Made by a program: the position numbers and the translations under genes
IMG/VR virus record: IMGVR_UViG_3300009873_000001
Length of the DNA: 64,000 nt
Direction: 5' to 3' (one strand)
Source: a virus
Taxonomy: Duplodnaviria > Caudoviricetes
Notes under the pieces: generated by a model
Database searches by the model: none
Seen by the model: only the letters and a program-made list of their open reading frames with translations
Told to the model about the DNA's origin: nothing
Part shown: positions 42,901-52,941 of the stretch, piece after piece
Position numbering within the stretch: position 1 is the first letter of the stretch
Layout: each line of letters begins with the position of its first letter

Positions 42901-42902
42901 GC

Positions 42903-43880
42903 TTACTCCTCCTCGAAGCCCAGCGCCTCACCGAGCAGGCCGAACTTGGGTATGCCAGCCATGTCCGCCAGCGCGCAGGCCGCCACCGCTGCTCCGACCC
43001 CGGTCATGAGCTTGGCTGTCTCGACACCGTCCACGTACTTGGGCCCGAGCGGATTGTCGAACACCTGGGTGAAGCGCTCCACGCCGTGACCGCGTAAGCT
43101 CGGCAGGCACGACGAGTGGTTCCGCAGCCATGGCTCGCGGTGCTCGAGGATCAGCTTGGCGGCGAGGATCTCCTCCTCTGGCGGCACCGTCATGTCGTAG
43201 AAGTGGAGCACGGCTTCGTCCTCCACGTCGTAGCAGATCCGTCCGAACTTTTTGGCCAGCTCGCTGTGGCGGTGCGCGAGCACGTAGCGGTGCCCTGTCG
43301 CGCCGCCCTCGACCAGGATCGCGCGCCGCTCGGACCAGTCGCGGTGTTGTTGAGAAGTCAGGAACGTGAGGAGAACCTTCGTGGCTGGCTCGATCGCACC
43401 GTCGAAGCACTCAGGGCAGGACAGCGTGGGCCGCTTCACGGTCGCGGCCTTGGGCTCAGATTCCTCCGCCTTGGCTTCCATCTTCTTGTCGAACTCGGCG
43501 TCGGACAGCCGCTTCTTCTTGCCGCCCTTCGCCTCCTCTTCCGCCCGCTGCACCAGCTCCCAGGTTCCGTTGAGGTCGGCGACCTCCAGGCGCCCGTCAG
43601 CGAACTTCACGGCGGTGATCGAGCGGTCGGCTGGCATGTAGAGGTTCACGAGCTCGCGCCCCGCCGCCGACACCTCGGCCTTGAGGACGATCTCGCTGTT
43701 GGTCTCGTCGAGGCCTTCTTCGTCGGTCCAACCGCGCTCGTGCGCGATCTTGAGGAACTGAGAAAGGATCTTCTGCTCATGCGCCGTGGGCTTGACCACG
43801 GAGAGCAGGCAACCCTTCTTGCCCTTGGCCTCCAGGCGAAAGTCGCCGTTCCAACTAGGGATAAACCAAGAAAAAGCCAT
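42903..43880 (-). CDS. hypothetical protein
   Basis: MAFSWFIPSWNGD; GAGG RBS; TAATG overlap with the HNH stop. Confidence 0.78.
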   Translation of the reverse strand: MAFSWFIPSWNGDFRLEAKGKKGCLLSVVKPTAHEQKILSQFLKIAHERGWTDEEGLDETNSEIVLKAEVSAAGRELVNLYMPADRSITAVKFADGRLEVADLNGTWELVQRAEEEAKGGKKKRLSDAEFDKKMEAKAEESEPKAATVKRPTLSCPECFDGAIEPATKVLLTFLTSQQHRDWSERRAILVEGGATGHRYVLAHRHSELAKKFGRICYDVEDEAVLHFYDMTVPPEEEILAAKLILEHREPWLRNHSSCLPSLRGHGVERFTQVFDNPLGPKYVDGVETAKLMTGVGAAVAACALADMAGIPKFGLLGEALGFEEE

Positions 43881-44458
43881 TAGCCACCTCTGTGTTTTGC
43901 GACAGACATGCACCGCCGAATGAATTCTTCTGGAGACTGCGTTCCCTTCATCAGATTGCACGGCCCGCAGCACGGGGTGACGTTCGAGGCCGTATAACCG
44001 AGAGAGTTGTCTATCCGGTCGAGTCCGTTGCAAACAATCCTGTTTCCCCTCTTCGTCTTCGGCTGGCTGTACAGCACGCGGGAGGGCGGATCTCCGCAAT
44101 ATGCACAAGGAAGAAAGATTCTTGCAAGAAACTCGCCCTCTGAAAGCTTGAAGTCCACGCCCTTGTGTTTGGCCCCGGACTTGTACGACATGAAGTAAGT
44201 GTGAGCGACGCTCTCTGGACTAGAGCGGTAGCCATTGTCACGACATTCGCGGCAGCATTGCTGCGTTCCGCGCCGCACTTCGCCAGAATTCAGCTTGGCT
44301 ATATGCCCGCACTTGAGCTGGCACTCATACAGTCGCTTGCGTGGCTGCTGCTTGTCTGGCTTGCGCGTTTTCCTCTCAGGTAAAAACAGGTCACCGATCT
44401 TGACGACAAGTATGTCGCCAAACCTGTCCCCGGCCTTGATTGAAACAGGCGCAGCCAA
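43880..44458 (-). CDS. HNH endonuclease
   Basis: CAYCG...NGLDRIDNSLGY...NVTPCCGPCN. Confidence 0.85.
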   Translation of the reverse strand: MAAPVSIKAGDRFGDILVVKIGDLFLPERKTRKPDKQQPRKRLYECQLKCGHIAKLNSGEVRRGTQQCCRECRDNGYRSSPESVAHTYFMSYKSGAKHKGVDFKLSEGEFLARIFLPCAYCGDPPSRVLYSQPKTKRGNRIVCNGLDRIDNSLGYTASNVTPCCGPCNLMKGTQSPEEFIRRCMSVAKHRGG

Positions 44459-44460
44459 GA

Positions 44461-45030
44461 TCAGAGCCCCACATCCTCGCTAGAGCAGACGAACCCTACC
44501 GCAGCCAGCGGCTCAGGCTCGCACGGCAGCGCCGGCAGCTCTTCGGCGGCCGGCTGGGCGGGCGCCGCTGGCTTGTTGAGCATGCCATTGAGTTCCGCGC
44601 GCAGATCCTTGACCACGTCGTCGAGGCCGGCCTGCTTGGCGGCAGCCATGGTGTCGACCAGCTCCTTGATCTTGCGCTTCGCCATGTACTCCGGCAGCAG
44701 TGCCACCGCCTCGCGGACGACTGCGTTCCCCATGTTCTCGGCCAGGCCGCCAGGCGCAGGGTTGAAGGACGGCGTGTCTAGCCCTTCCTCGATCACTTCG
44801 CCTTCAGGCGTGCCCGTGAGCCAGCTTGGGAGCTTCTTCCGGGGCACGATCCCGTCCACGCCCGTGGCCACGCTCTGGAGCGTCTTCACAGCAGAGGCGG
44901 CGAACCTGGCGACTCGCGCCGCCTGCTGCACCGTGAGCGGCTCCTTGAGCAGCCGCTCGAACTCAAGCTTGAAAGCCGCGGCGAGCGGCGTTTCGGCGGC
45001 AGCAGCCTGAAGGATTGGCGTGTCGTTCAT
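44461..45030 (-). CDS. hypothetical protein
   Basis: MNDTPILQ...; ATGA overlap. Confidence 0.7.
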   Translation of the reverse strand: MNDTPILQAAAAETPLAAAFKLEFERLLKEPLTVQQAARVARFAASAVKTLQSVATGVDGIVPRKKLPSWLTGTPEGEVIEEGLDTPSFNPAPGGLAENMGNAVVREAVALLPEYMAKRKIKELVDTMAAAKQAGLDDVVKDLRAELNGMLNKPAAPAQPAAEELPALPCEPEPLAAVGFVCSSEDVGL

Positions 45031-45707
45031 GCAGTTCCCCTTCTCTTGTTCTTCTTCTTCCGAGCCGGCGCGTCGGTATACCCGCGTGCCCGCTTGAATG
45101 CGCGCGACTCCATGAGCTTCTCCAGCTCGCGCTGAATGTGAGCCGAACTCTCTGCCGCGACCCGCAGTAGCGCGAGCAGGTCCATGCGATTGCAGGCGAT
45201 CAGATCGCGCGTGTAGATCGTGTGGGTCTCTTCGAGCTTGGAGCCGTGCTCGATCAGGTGTGGGTCCTTGAACTCGCGCGCCGAAGAGACGCGGTCCACG
45301 AACCGCACGAACGGTCCAGCAAGGTGATTGTCGGGAGTCAGGAAGATCCCGACCGTGCGCCGCTCGTATTCCTTCCACGGTGGAGGGAATTCGCGCGCGG
45401 CCTTGCTCCGCTTCTTCATGTGGGCCCGCTCCCGCGTATCGTGACCTGCTTGGGCGCCTTCTTGCCCTCCTTGGCGCACAGAGGGCAGATTGCAGCGCCG
45501 GTTCTCAGATTCAACTTCCAGCCGCGCTTCTTGGCCTGCTTCCGGCACGAGGCGCCGGTCTCGGCCGTGAATTCACCGTGGCCAGCGCCGTAGGCGTGCT
45601 GCCCAGGCGTGCTGCCGCCGCCGTAGTTGCCGCGATTGCAATCGGGCACGTCGCAATAGAGCATCAGGTCGTAGCAGCCGGTGATCACGGGTGGCCTTCT
45701 TGTGCCT

Positions 45708-46043
45708 TCATGTCGACCGCCCGGCCGGCTTGCCGTAGACCCGAAGGTCGTCAGCGTCGACCCAGCCCTCGTTCAGCGCCGCAGCGCCGCGGTATTGGCC
45801 TTTCGTGATCTGGCCGGCGCCGTGCTCGACCTTGGCCAGCTTCGGATCGTGTGTGCCAGGCACGAAGCGCAGCCTGGCCGCGTGATCGCGGACTTCGAGC
45901 ACCTCATACGTGCCGTTCGGAATCGGCGGATCTGCGAACGTGCCGAGCAGCGGCGGCTTGGTCTGGAGATCCTCGAGCGTGTGATAGAGGAGCCAGCCGT
46001 GCAGAGCAGAGAGCTGGAAGCGGCTGCCAGCGGTTACGCGCAT
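45708..46043 (-). CDS. hypothetical protein divergent from the recombinase
   Basis: MRVTAGSRF...; plausible coding part of the 479-aa antisense ORF. Confidence 0.55.
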   Translation of the reverse strand: MRVTAGSRFQLSALHGWLLYHTLEDLQTKPPLLGTFADPPIPNGTYEVLEVRDHAARLRFVPGTHDPKLAKVEHGAGQITKGQYRGAAALNEGWVDADDLRVYGKPAGRST

Positions 46044-46148
46044 TGCTGTCGAACTCCCTGCGCATGGTACAGTCGGGGTTGAAGTTCCCAAACGCGGATT
46101 TTTAGGAACACGCCTAACTCGTTGTAACGCAATGCAGCATAAGGACTT

Positions 46149-47183
46149 ATGAAAACACCCGGAAGGCCGTCCTCCGAACACCTTTTGCCAGCCGCTCTTC
46201 CGCCGCCGCTCCCTGTCGCGAAACCTGGCGAAGATTTCGCGCGCCTCGCGCCAGAGATTCGCGAGAACACGAGCGTCTACGTGCGCTCGTCCTTGGCCGA
46301 GGGCACGCTCAAGAACTACGAGAGCGACTGGAGAACCTTCGCCGCCTGGTGCGAGCGCCAATCCGTTTCCAAGCTCCCTGCCGAAACCAAGGTGATCGCA
46401 GCGTACTTGGCCGACCGGGCCGAGTCCGGCTGCAGCGTGAGCACGATCAGAGGCGACCTGTGCGCGATCACCCACGCGCACGAGCTGGCCGGCTTCCCGC
46501 TGCCCTCGAAGGACGGCGCAATCAGAGCGGTCATGCGCGGCATTACGAGAAAGGTCGGCACGAGGCCGAAGAAGAAGGCGCCCGTCGCGGCTGGCGATCT
46601 CGCGGCAGCGATCGTCCGCAGAACCGCGACCGGCACGACGACGGCGATACGAGACCGCGCGATCTTGCTTCTGGGATTCCTGGGCGGCTTCCGACGCAGC
46701 GAGCTCGTGGCCATTCACATGGAGCACATCGTCGCGGACCCCAAGAACCGCGGATTGAAGATCCTCATTCCGCGCTCCAAGACAGACCAGGCCGGCGAAG
46801 GGCGGTGGGTCGTCGTGTTGCGCGGCAAGCGCGGGGCGCCGTGTCCTGTAGAGGCCCTTCACGCCTGGCTGACCGTCTCTGGTATCACCGAAGGGCCGGT
46901 GTTCCGCTCGATCAAGAACGGGCAGCTGGGCAAGCGCGCCCTGTGCGCCAAGTGGGTCGAGCGCATTGTGAAGGACGTGGCCCAGGAAGCCGGACTCGAC
47001 GCAAGGGCCTACGCCGCGCACTCGCTGCGCTCTGGGTTCGTGACGACCTCGAGAGCCAAGGGCCACTCGCTTGAAGCTATCGCTCGTCAGTGCGGGCACA
47101 AGGACCTCAAGACAACGCTGGGCTACGTGCAGTTCTCGGGCGACCACTTGTTCGAGGACAACGCTTCAGAAGGACTGCTCTAG
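46149..47183 (+). CDS. tyrosine recombinase/integrase (Cre-like)
   Basis: N-terminal core-binding domain; RRSEL, SKTD, HSLRSG, GH, catalytic Y (LGYV). Confidence 0.95.
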   Translation: MKTPGRPSSEHLLPAALPPPLPVAKPGEDFARLAPEIRENTSVYVRSSLAEGTLKNYESDWRTFAAWCERQSVSKLPAETKVIAAYLADRAESGCSVSTIRGDLCAITHAHELAGFPLPSKDGAIRAVMRGITRKVGTRPKKKAPVAAGDLAAAIVRRTATGTTTAIRDRAILLLGFLGGFRRSELVAIHMEHIVADPKNRGLKILIPRSKTDQAGEGRWVVVLRGKRGAPCPVEALHAWLTVSGITEGPVFRSIKNGQLGKRALCAKWVERIVKDVAQEAGLDARAYAAHSLRSGFVTTSRAKGHSLEAIARQCGHKDLKTTLGYVQFSGDHLFEDNASEGLL

Positions 47184-47432
47184 CGCAAGAACCTCGCCAG
47201 CGCCCCCTCGGCCTCTTCCACCGTGGGCCAGCCGAACAGTGGGGTCAGCCCGCGCAGCTTGGCCCAGGCCAGCGCCTCCGGCTTCTTCATTTCCAGCAGG
47301 ATGCTCATGTGGGCCTGGTTGCCAGCGAGATACTCGGCCAGCCCGCGAATGAACGCCGCCTTGCGAGTGTCCTCTTCGAGCACCGGCGCGCTCTTCTTCG
47401 TCGCCTTCTCTGCCACGCTCTTCTTCGCCACG

Positions 47433-47639
47433 TTACCCTCCGTGTTCCGCTTCTAGTCCCGTCGCAATCAGGTTCAGCGCCGCCGAGCTCCTAGTCCAGT
47501 TGCCGCCAGGCGTGGCCTTCCTCATCTTCTCCACATAGACGTCGAGCTTTTCACTTAGTCGTGGAGAAATGCGCACAGTGAGGTAGTTGCGCTTGGCTTC
47601 TGTCACCTCGGCCGGGCGTTTGACGCGCTTCTTTGCCAT
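47433..47639 (-). CDS. ribbon-helix-helix regulator
   Basis: LTVRISPRLSEKLD...TRSSAALNLI. Confidence 0.7.
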   Translation of the reverse strand: MAKKRVKRPAEVTEAKRNYLTVRISPRLSEKLDVYVEKMRKATPGGNWTRSSAALNLIATGLEAEHGG

Positions 47640-47648
47640 GGCGCCCGC

Positions 47649-47714
47649 CGGTATACCAGTTTCGAAATAGGTGCGTCAAGCCTCTTGCGTTTTGTCGGTG
47701 TCAGTTGGTATTCT
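47649..47714. promoter_or_regulatory. divergent sigma70-like promoters
   Basis: Minus strand TTGACG-N18-TATACC; plus strand TTGCGT-N18-TATTCT; both with TG extension. Confidence 0.55.
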
Positions 47715-48231
47715 CTTGCCCGCATGCGCACCTATCCAGCGAAGGGCGGCGGAACGCTCACGATCACAGGGCCGAGAGACCGTCTCAACCGCTGCCAGTT
47801 CGTTATTGAGTGGGAAGACGTGGTCCCGCATTGCGACAAGTGCGGCCTGCGGCCAGGCGAGGGCTACCCTGTGCCGTGCAGCGACGGTCCCGTCTGCGGC
47901 TCGCACAAGAGCAGGGGCGCCAGTCCGCCTGTGATCTGCGACGGCGTCTTGACCAAGAGGCGCGGACAGTACTTCTTCGCCGTGCCAGAGAACCACATGG
48001 CAGTCAGGTCAGCCAAATGAACCGCGCCGAGCAAGTCGCAGCGATCAAGAAGCGCTTGGCAGAGCGCGCTCCGGACGCCGTGGCGTGCTGTGAATCCAAA
48101 GAGGCAGACCTCGTTTACTTACACCAAGGAGCTTTCGGCTTAGACGAATCCGAACTCCTCCTGCTTGGTTCTTTTATCAAGTACGCAGGCGAATGCGGAA
48201 AGAGCGTGCAGGTACTCGTCAAGGACACCCC

Positions 48232-48804
48232 ATGACCCGCCGCATGATCTTCGACGTCGAATCCGTTGGCCTGGCTGGCGAAGGCTTCGCCGTGGGCTGG
48301 GTCGTGTTCGAAGGTGAGCAGGAAGTCAGCCAAGGACTGTTCGCCTGCGTAGCGCAGGCCGCTCACGGTAGCGACGCAGGCGCACGCTGGATCAACGAGA
48401 ACGTTCCGCGCAGGTTGCTCTACCCGGCTCCCAGCGACGAGATCTTCCGCGACACGCCGGCCGCCATGCGGACCGCATTCTGGAACGCCTGGCAGGAGGC
48501 CGGCGGGCGCGAGGTCGAGCTGTGGGCCGACTGCGGCTGGCCAGTCGAGGCCAGGTTCCTGAACCAGGCCGTGGAGGACAGCGCCAACTACCGCTCATGC
48601 CCGTCCGACGCGCTGGTCTATACGCGCGAAATGCAGGGTCCATACCCGCTCAACGAGATCAGCACGCTGTTCCGCGCCTGCAGAGCCCTGGGACACCCGG
48701 TCGCTGACGTTCCTCCCACCGAGCCGCACAACCCACTCGAGGACGCGCGCGCCAGCGCCAAGACGCTGCTGCTCTGCCTCAAGGCTCTAGGGATTGCGCC
48801 GTGA
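48232..48804 (+). CDS. DEDDh 3'-5' exoribonuclease-like protein
   Basis: IFDVES...WADCGWPVE...HNPLEDA. Confidence 0.75.
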   Translation: MTRRMIFDVESVGLAGEGFAVGWVVFEGEQEVSQGLFACVAQAAHGSDAGARWINENVPRRLLYPAPSDEIFRDTPAAMRTAFWNAWQEAGGREVELWADCGWPVEARFLNQAVEDSANYRSCPSDALVYTREMQGPYPLNEISTLFRACRALGHPVADVPPTEPHNPLEDARASAKTLLLCLKALGIAP

Positions 48805-50675
48805 AGAAGAAGTTGCAGTTCACGCTGTCGAGTTCAGATGCTGCCGGTATCGGCAAGCAGGACACGCTCTACGAGATCCTGTTCGCAGGGCTGCGCTCCC
48901 TAGGCCACATCCCGAAGGACGCGCACTGCGACGCTCTAGACATGTGGCTGGCGTTCTCCGAGGGAGGCGCTGAGGGCTGCAAACCGAGAGCGATCCTCAA
49001 TCCGGTCGTAATCGAGATCGAGATTCCGCTCAAGCCTCCCGCCCACCATGCGCCAAACGAGAAGGACTGGCCGTAGCGTGCCCCGCGCCAGCTCGTCCTG
49101 CCACTCCTGCCGTCAACGGCCCGCCAGAGAACAGCACTTCGACTACTGCTCTGAGTGCGGCAAGAGCCTCTGCCCGAAGTGCATGGCGAAAGGTTGCTGC
49201 GACTACCAGCCAGCGCTGTCTGGCTTGGAGAACAAACGGAACGAGGAGCTTTGCGAGCAGGCTGCCGAGCTGGGCGTGGACGCTCAAGAGCTGCACGACG
49301 CCACCAAGCTCGATTTCGGTGAGTGGACCTACTGCCGCGCGCACCTCGCGCCGCACCAGGGCGATTGGTGCACGGTCGACGCCAAGCGCGATAAGGTCGG
49401 CCTTGGTCCCATGAAGGACATGGACGAGGCTACCGAGAAGTGCCGGCATCTGGGGCTCCCGCTCTACGGAGACCAGCGAGTCCAGCACGACCTCGCATAT
49501 CTCACTGAGTGCGAGCTCGCCACGCTCACCCAGCTCCAAGGGCTCAAGAGCAGCTCTCGTAGCCGAGTCGCTAGGCAGGCCGGCATAGTCGAAAAGGCGG
49601 TCGCTGCCTGCAAGCGGCACAAGGTCAACAAGGGTGACGCTGAGAAGTGCCCGCGGCTGTACGGGCTGCTCTTCAAGGGCGAGGCATGAGCAATTGCAAG
49701 CGCTGCGGCTATCCACCCGCCTCCGACGACGCGGACGATCTCGACGATCCCTACGACGGTGACGAGTGCGACTGCATTCCGCCGCTACGGCTTGAAGAGT
49801 ACGACAACGCGCTCTCGCCCAAGGCTGCAGGCCGGCTCGTGCGCGAGGCGCGGCGGTTGGTTCATGAGCTGGAGATCATTCGCGCGCGCACGCACAGGCT
49901 TCAGACATCCATGCGGTCCGCCATGCTCGAAGCCGACGGCATGATCCACCCGCACGTCGTGAGCCCGTGGATCCGCGAGGTCGGGCGAATGAGGGGAGAG
50001 CCGTGAACGCAAAACCAGAGCCAGGAGAACTCATACGGGAAGGGTTTTCCATGTTGCTCAGCGCTGTCGAGGCGCGACGGGGCCAAGTAGGAAAAATTCA
50101 GCCGGACTCTCCGTTGGCTGCCTACTGGCGGGGGGTGGTTCGAGCGGAGGCAGACAGGGCGTTCTTGTTGCGGTCCATGCTGAACGAGCTGAACGGCACG
50201 CCCAATGGGTTTTTCGACAACAAGGTAGCGAGATCATGACAACCGGCATTCCGCGCGACGCGCGTGAGGTCTACTTGAACGACAAGGGCGAGCCGATCGC
50301 CTGGTGTCCGAGAGACAGCCTAGGCGCCACCGACTTCATGCGGGGAGAGTTCTACGCTGCACAGGACCGCGACCGCATGACGCAGCTCTTCAAGCGGGCC
50401 GAGCAGAAGACCGCTGAGACTAGCGAGCAGCAGTGCGTGGTCTGTATCGACGTGGACGATCCGGCCTGGACGGAACTCGTCAACAAGCTCATGCCAGGGT
50501 TCAACTGGGACGAGATCCGCGCGCGCGGCGAGAAGCCTGTCGCGCGCGGCGTCGTTCCGCTCGAGCCGATCGCTCATGTCGTCGATCAGTGCTACCCGGC
50601 GGCTGGAGAGGCTCCGCTCGACCGCGTCAACCTGTTCGTGTTCGCGGCTGGCGGCGTGTGGCGGAGGGACTACGC

Positions 50676-51143
50676 GTGAGCAAGAAACTCGCCGCCGCTC
50701 AGCGACAACTCGCCGAAGAGATCACCAAGCAGTTCCTCGGCAGCCAACTCCCTGCCGAGCATGTGATCGGCGCTCAGATCGAGATCCTGGGCAAGCTCGC
50801 CGACATGTGCCGCGATCCGAAGCGGGCCAAGATCCTCATGAACGCCTCGGCGCTCTTGGCGCGCGAGTCGGTCGCTGCAGGCGACCCGCCTGACATGGAG
50901 GCGCTCGCGGCCTGCGAGCACGAGAGCTGGAGCAAGTGGGCGAAGTATGAGCTCGACGCGATCGTCGAAGAGCAGAACCGCCGCCACGGCGTGACGTTCG
51001 AGAACCTAGACTGCGTGCAGCGCTGGCGCCGCCAGATCAACACTCGCTACGACAACCTGAGCGACTCCGAAAAGGAGAGCGACCGCAAGGTGGTCCGCGA
51101 GAAGCTGTCGCTCTACAGGCCCGCTTTCGAACCGCCTTGGTAG
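50676..51143 (+). CDS. RyR-domain-like phage protein
   Basis: LAACEHESW...YDNLSDSEKESDR. Confidence 0.6.
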   Translation: MSKKLAAAQRQLAEEITKQFLGSQLPAEHVIGAQIEILGKLADMCRDPKRAKILMNASALLARESVAAGDPPDMEALAACEHESWSKWAKYELDAIVEEQNRRHGVTFENLDCVQRWRRQINTRYDNLSDSEKESDRKVVREKLSLYRPAFEPPW

Positions 51144-51154
51144 CCGGAGCGCGC

Positions 51155-51685
51155 GTGGCCAAGAGGAAACCAATCAGGCATGTGATCATGGGCGGACCCG
51201 GCTTTCGCTGCCTCCACTGCGGCGCCGAACAGGACATAGGCATGCCCTGCCCGATCAAGGTCATGGAGGCCTGGGGCAAGAACTTCGAGAGCCTGCACAA
51301 GAGCTGCGAGCCCAGCGAGGCCGGCGCCGCGCGCTTCAAGTATTCGAACCCGAGCGAGTGGGCGCGGTCCTGGGACGTGGGGATCAGCTCGGCCACGATC
51401 TTCGCTACGTTCGCCGGGATCAGAGAAGTCGCCAACATGCCGATCCCTGGCTACCCGCTCGACGCTGACGACTTCGGGCGCTGCTACCGCCTGCTCAAGG
51501 TAGCCCCTGCGTCCTGGCGTGACGAACTCTATAAGCTCGTCAACTGGGAAAAGACAGAGAAGGAGTGGCAGGCGCTCGTCGACCACTGGAGCGAGCTGAC
51601 GAAGCTCTACGAAGAAGAACTGCCAGCCGACAAGTTCCCCAAGTTCACTGCGCGGATACGTGAGCTACTAGGAAGGTCAGTGTAA
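51155..51685 (+). CDS. phage hypothetical protein
   Basis: CLHCG; GISS...PLDADDFGRC. Confidence 0.75.
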   Translation: MAKRKPIRHVIMGGPGFRCLHCGAEQDIGMPCPIKVMEAWGKNFESLHKSCEPSEAGAARFKYSNPSEWARSWDVGISSATIFATFAGIREVANMPIPGYPLDADDFGRCYRLLKVAPASWRDELYKLVNWEKTEKEWQALVDHWSELTKLYEEELPADKFPKFTARIRELLGRSV

Positions 51686-51889
51686 TTGTGACCCAACTCC
51701 TCGAGCAGCGCGAAATCTCCGCCTTCCTCGTCGGCAAGACGATCGCCAAGGTAAAGGTGATCGGCAACGGGATCGAGGCGTGGTTTGCTGACGGCGCGCG
51801 CGCTGCTTCTTCGAGCCTGAATACCGCGGCCATGGCCTCTACGGCGTGGCGCTGCACACAGAAGAGAACACGCAAGAAGGGGGGAAGGC

Positions 51890-52153
51890 ATGATCCGCCC
51901 AGGTTCGCGCTGGCGGCACTGGAAGGGCTACCTCGTGACGGTTCTGTGCGTGGCCACGCACACAGAGTCCGCGGAGGAGCTGGTGATCTACAGGAAGGAC
52001 TCCGACCCGCCTGGCATGCCGCCGCGGGCTAGGCCGCTGGTCATGTGGCTCGACAACGAGACTACGACCGGCGAGCAGCGGTTCGTGCCGATCGGCGCTC
52101 CCGTCGACAAGCAGGAGCTCGCGCGACTGCTGAGCCAGGGCGCGGCGTTGTAA
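51890..52153 (+). CDS. DUF1653-family protein
   Basis: WRHWKG...VATHTES..LVIYR...ARP. Confidence 0.75.
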   Translation: MIRPGSRWRHWKGYLVTVLCVATHTESAEELVIYRKDSDPPGMPPRARPLVMWLDNETTTGEQRFVPIGAPVDKQELARLLSQGAAL

Positions 52154-52728
52154 TGGACGAAGAACTCCGTAAGGCCATGCGCGTGCTTGACAGAGCTGGG
52201 ATGCGATTAGCCCCAACGCCGCCTGACTATCTGGTCCGCGAGCTTTCTCTTTTTGTGAAGAAGTACACGGAGAGCGAAAGTTACCACTTCGTCAGGTCAC
52301 CCAAGAAGTTTGCCGCAGAGTTAGCGAAATGGCTGACCGAGAGCGGTATAGACTGGAGGCGCCCGCCCAAGCCCAAGCCAGCCCCGAAACCGGTTCCTCA
52401 AAGAGCCGAAGATCTCTCTCTGCGTGCTGTGCGCGCACTATGCGAAGTCGTGCATGCCGTAACTGGACGGCGCCCTTATTGGCCACCCAGGTGGTCTCCA
52501 GAAGTAGAAGCCGAGTGGTGGGCGTGGCTGTCAAGGAACGTGTCAGCTGTGAGGCTGCGCAGCTACAGAAACTGCGGCTTAGGCACCGTCGAGGAAATAC
52601 GAAGTTTCATGGCACGCCGCGGGCTGGAATTGAAAGACAGCCTCTGCCAAGACAGCGGAGAAGAGCCACCGCATAACTGTGCGTGGTGGTTTGAGGCGAC
52701 CGACATGCCCGAAGCTGAAGGCTTATAA
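52153..52728 (+). CDS. module B protein with RNA polymerase alpha-CTD-like C-terminus
   Basis: MDEELRKAMRVLDRAG; LSLRAVRAL...RNCGLGTVEEIRSFMARRGLEL. Confidence 0.7.
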   Translation: MDEELRKAMRVLDRAGMRLAPTPPDYLVRELSLFVKKYTESESYHFVRSPKKFAAELAKWLTESGIDWRRPPKPKPAPKPVPQRAEDLSLRAVRALCEVVHAVTGRRPYWPPRWSPEVEAEWWAWLSRNVSAVRLRSYRNCGLGTVEEIRSFMARRGLELKDSLCQDSGEEPPHNCAWWFEATDMPEAEGL

Positions 52729-52941
52729 TGCGAAAAAGTATCTACGCCGCCGGCAATCTCGAAGTTTTGGAAGCAGGCGCCAGCGGCGGCTTGCTGTTCA
52801 TGATTGGAGACGAGACCCAAGACCTCAGCACAGTCGGACTCGACGAGCAGTCCGTCAACGAACTGCAGATGGCATTGTGGACTTGGATAGTCAAGAAACA
52901 GCACGCAGCGCAAACCAAGGCCAAGAAGAAAGGCAAAAAGC

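Noticed and set aside
45708-47147. 479-aa minus-strand ORF
   Set aside because: Mostly antisense to the recombinase; only 45708..46043 is plausibly coding.
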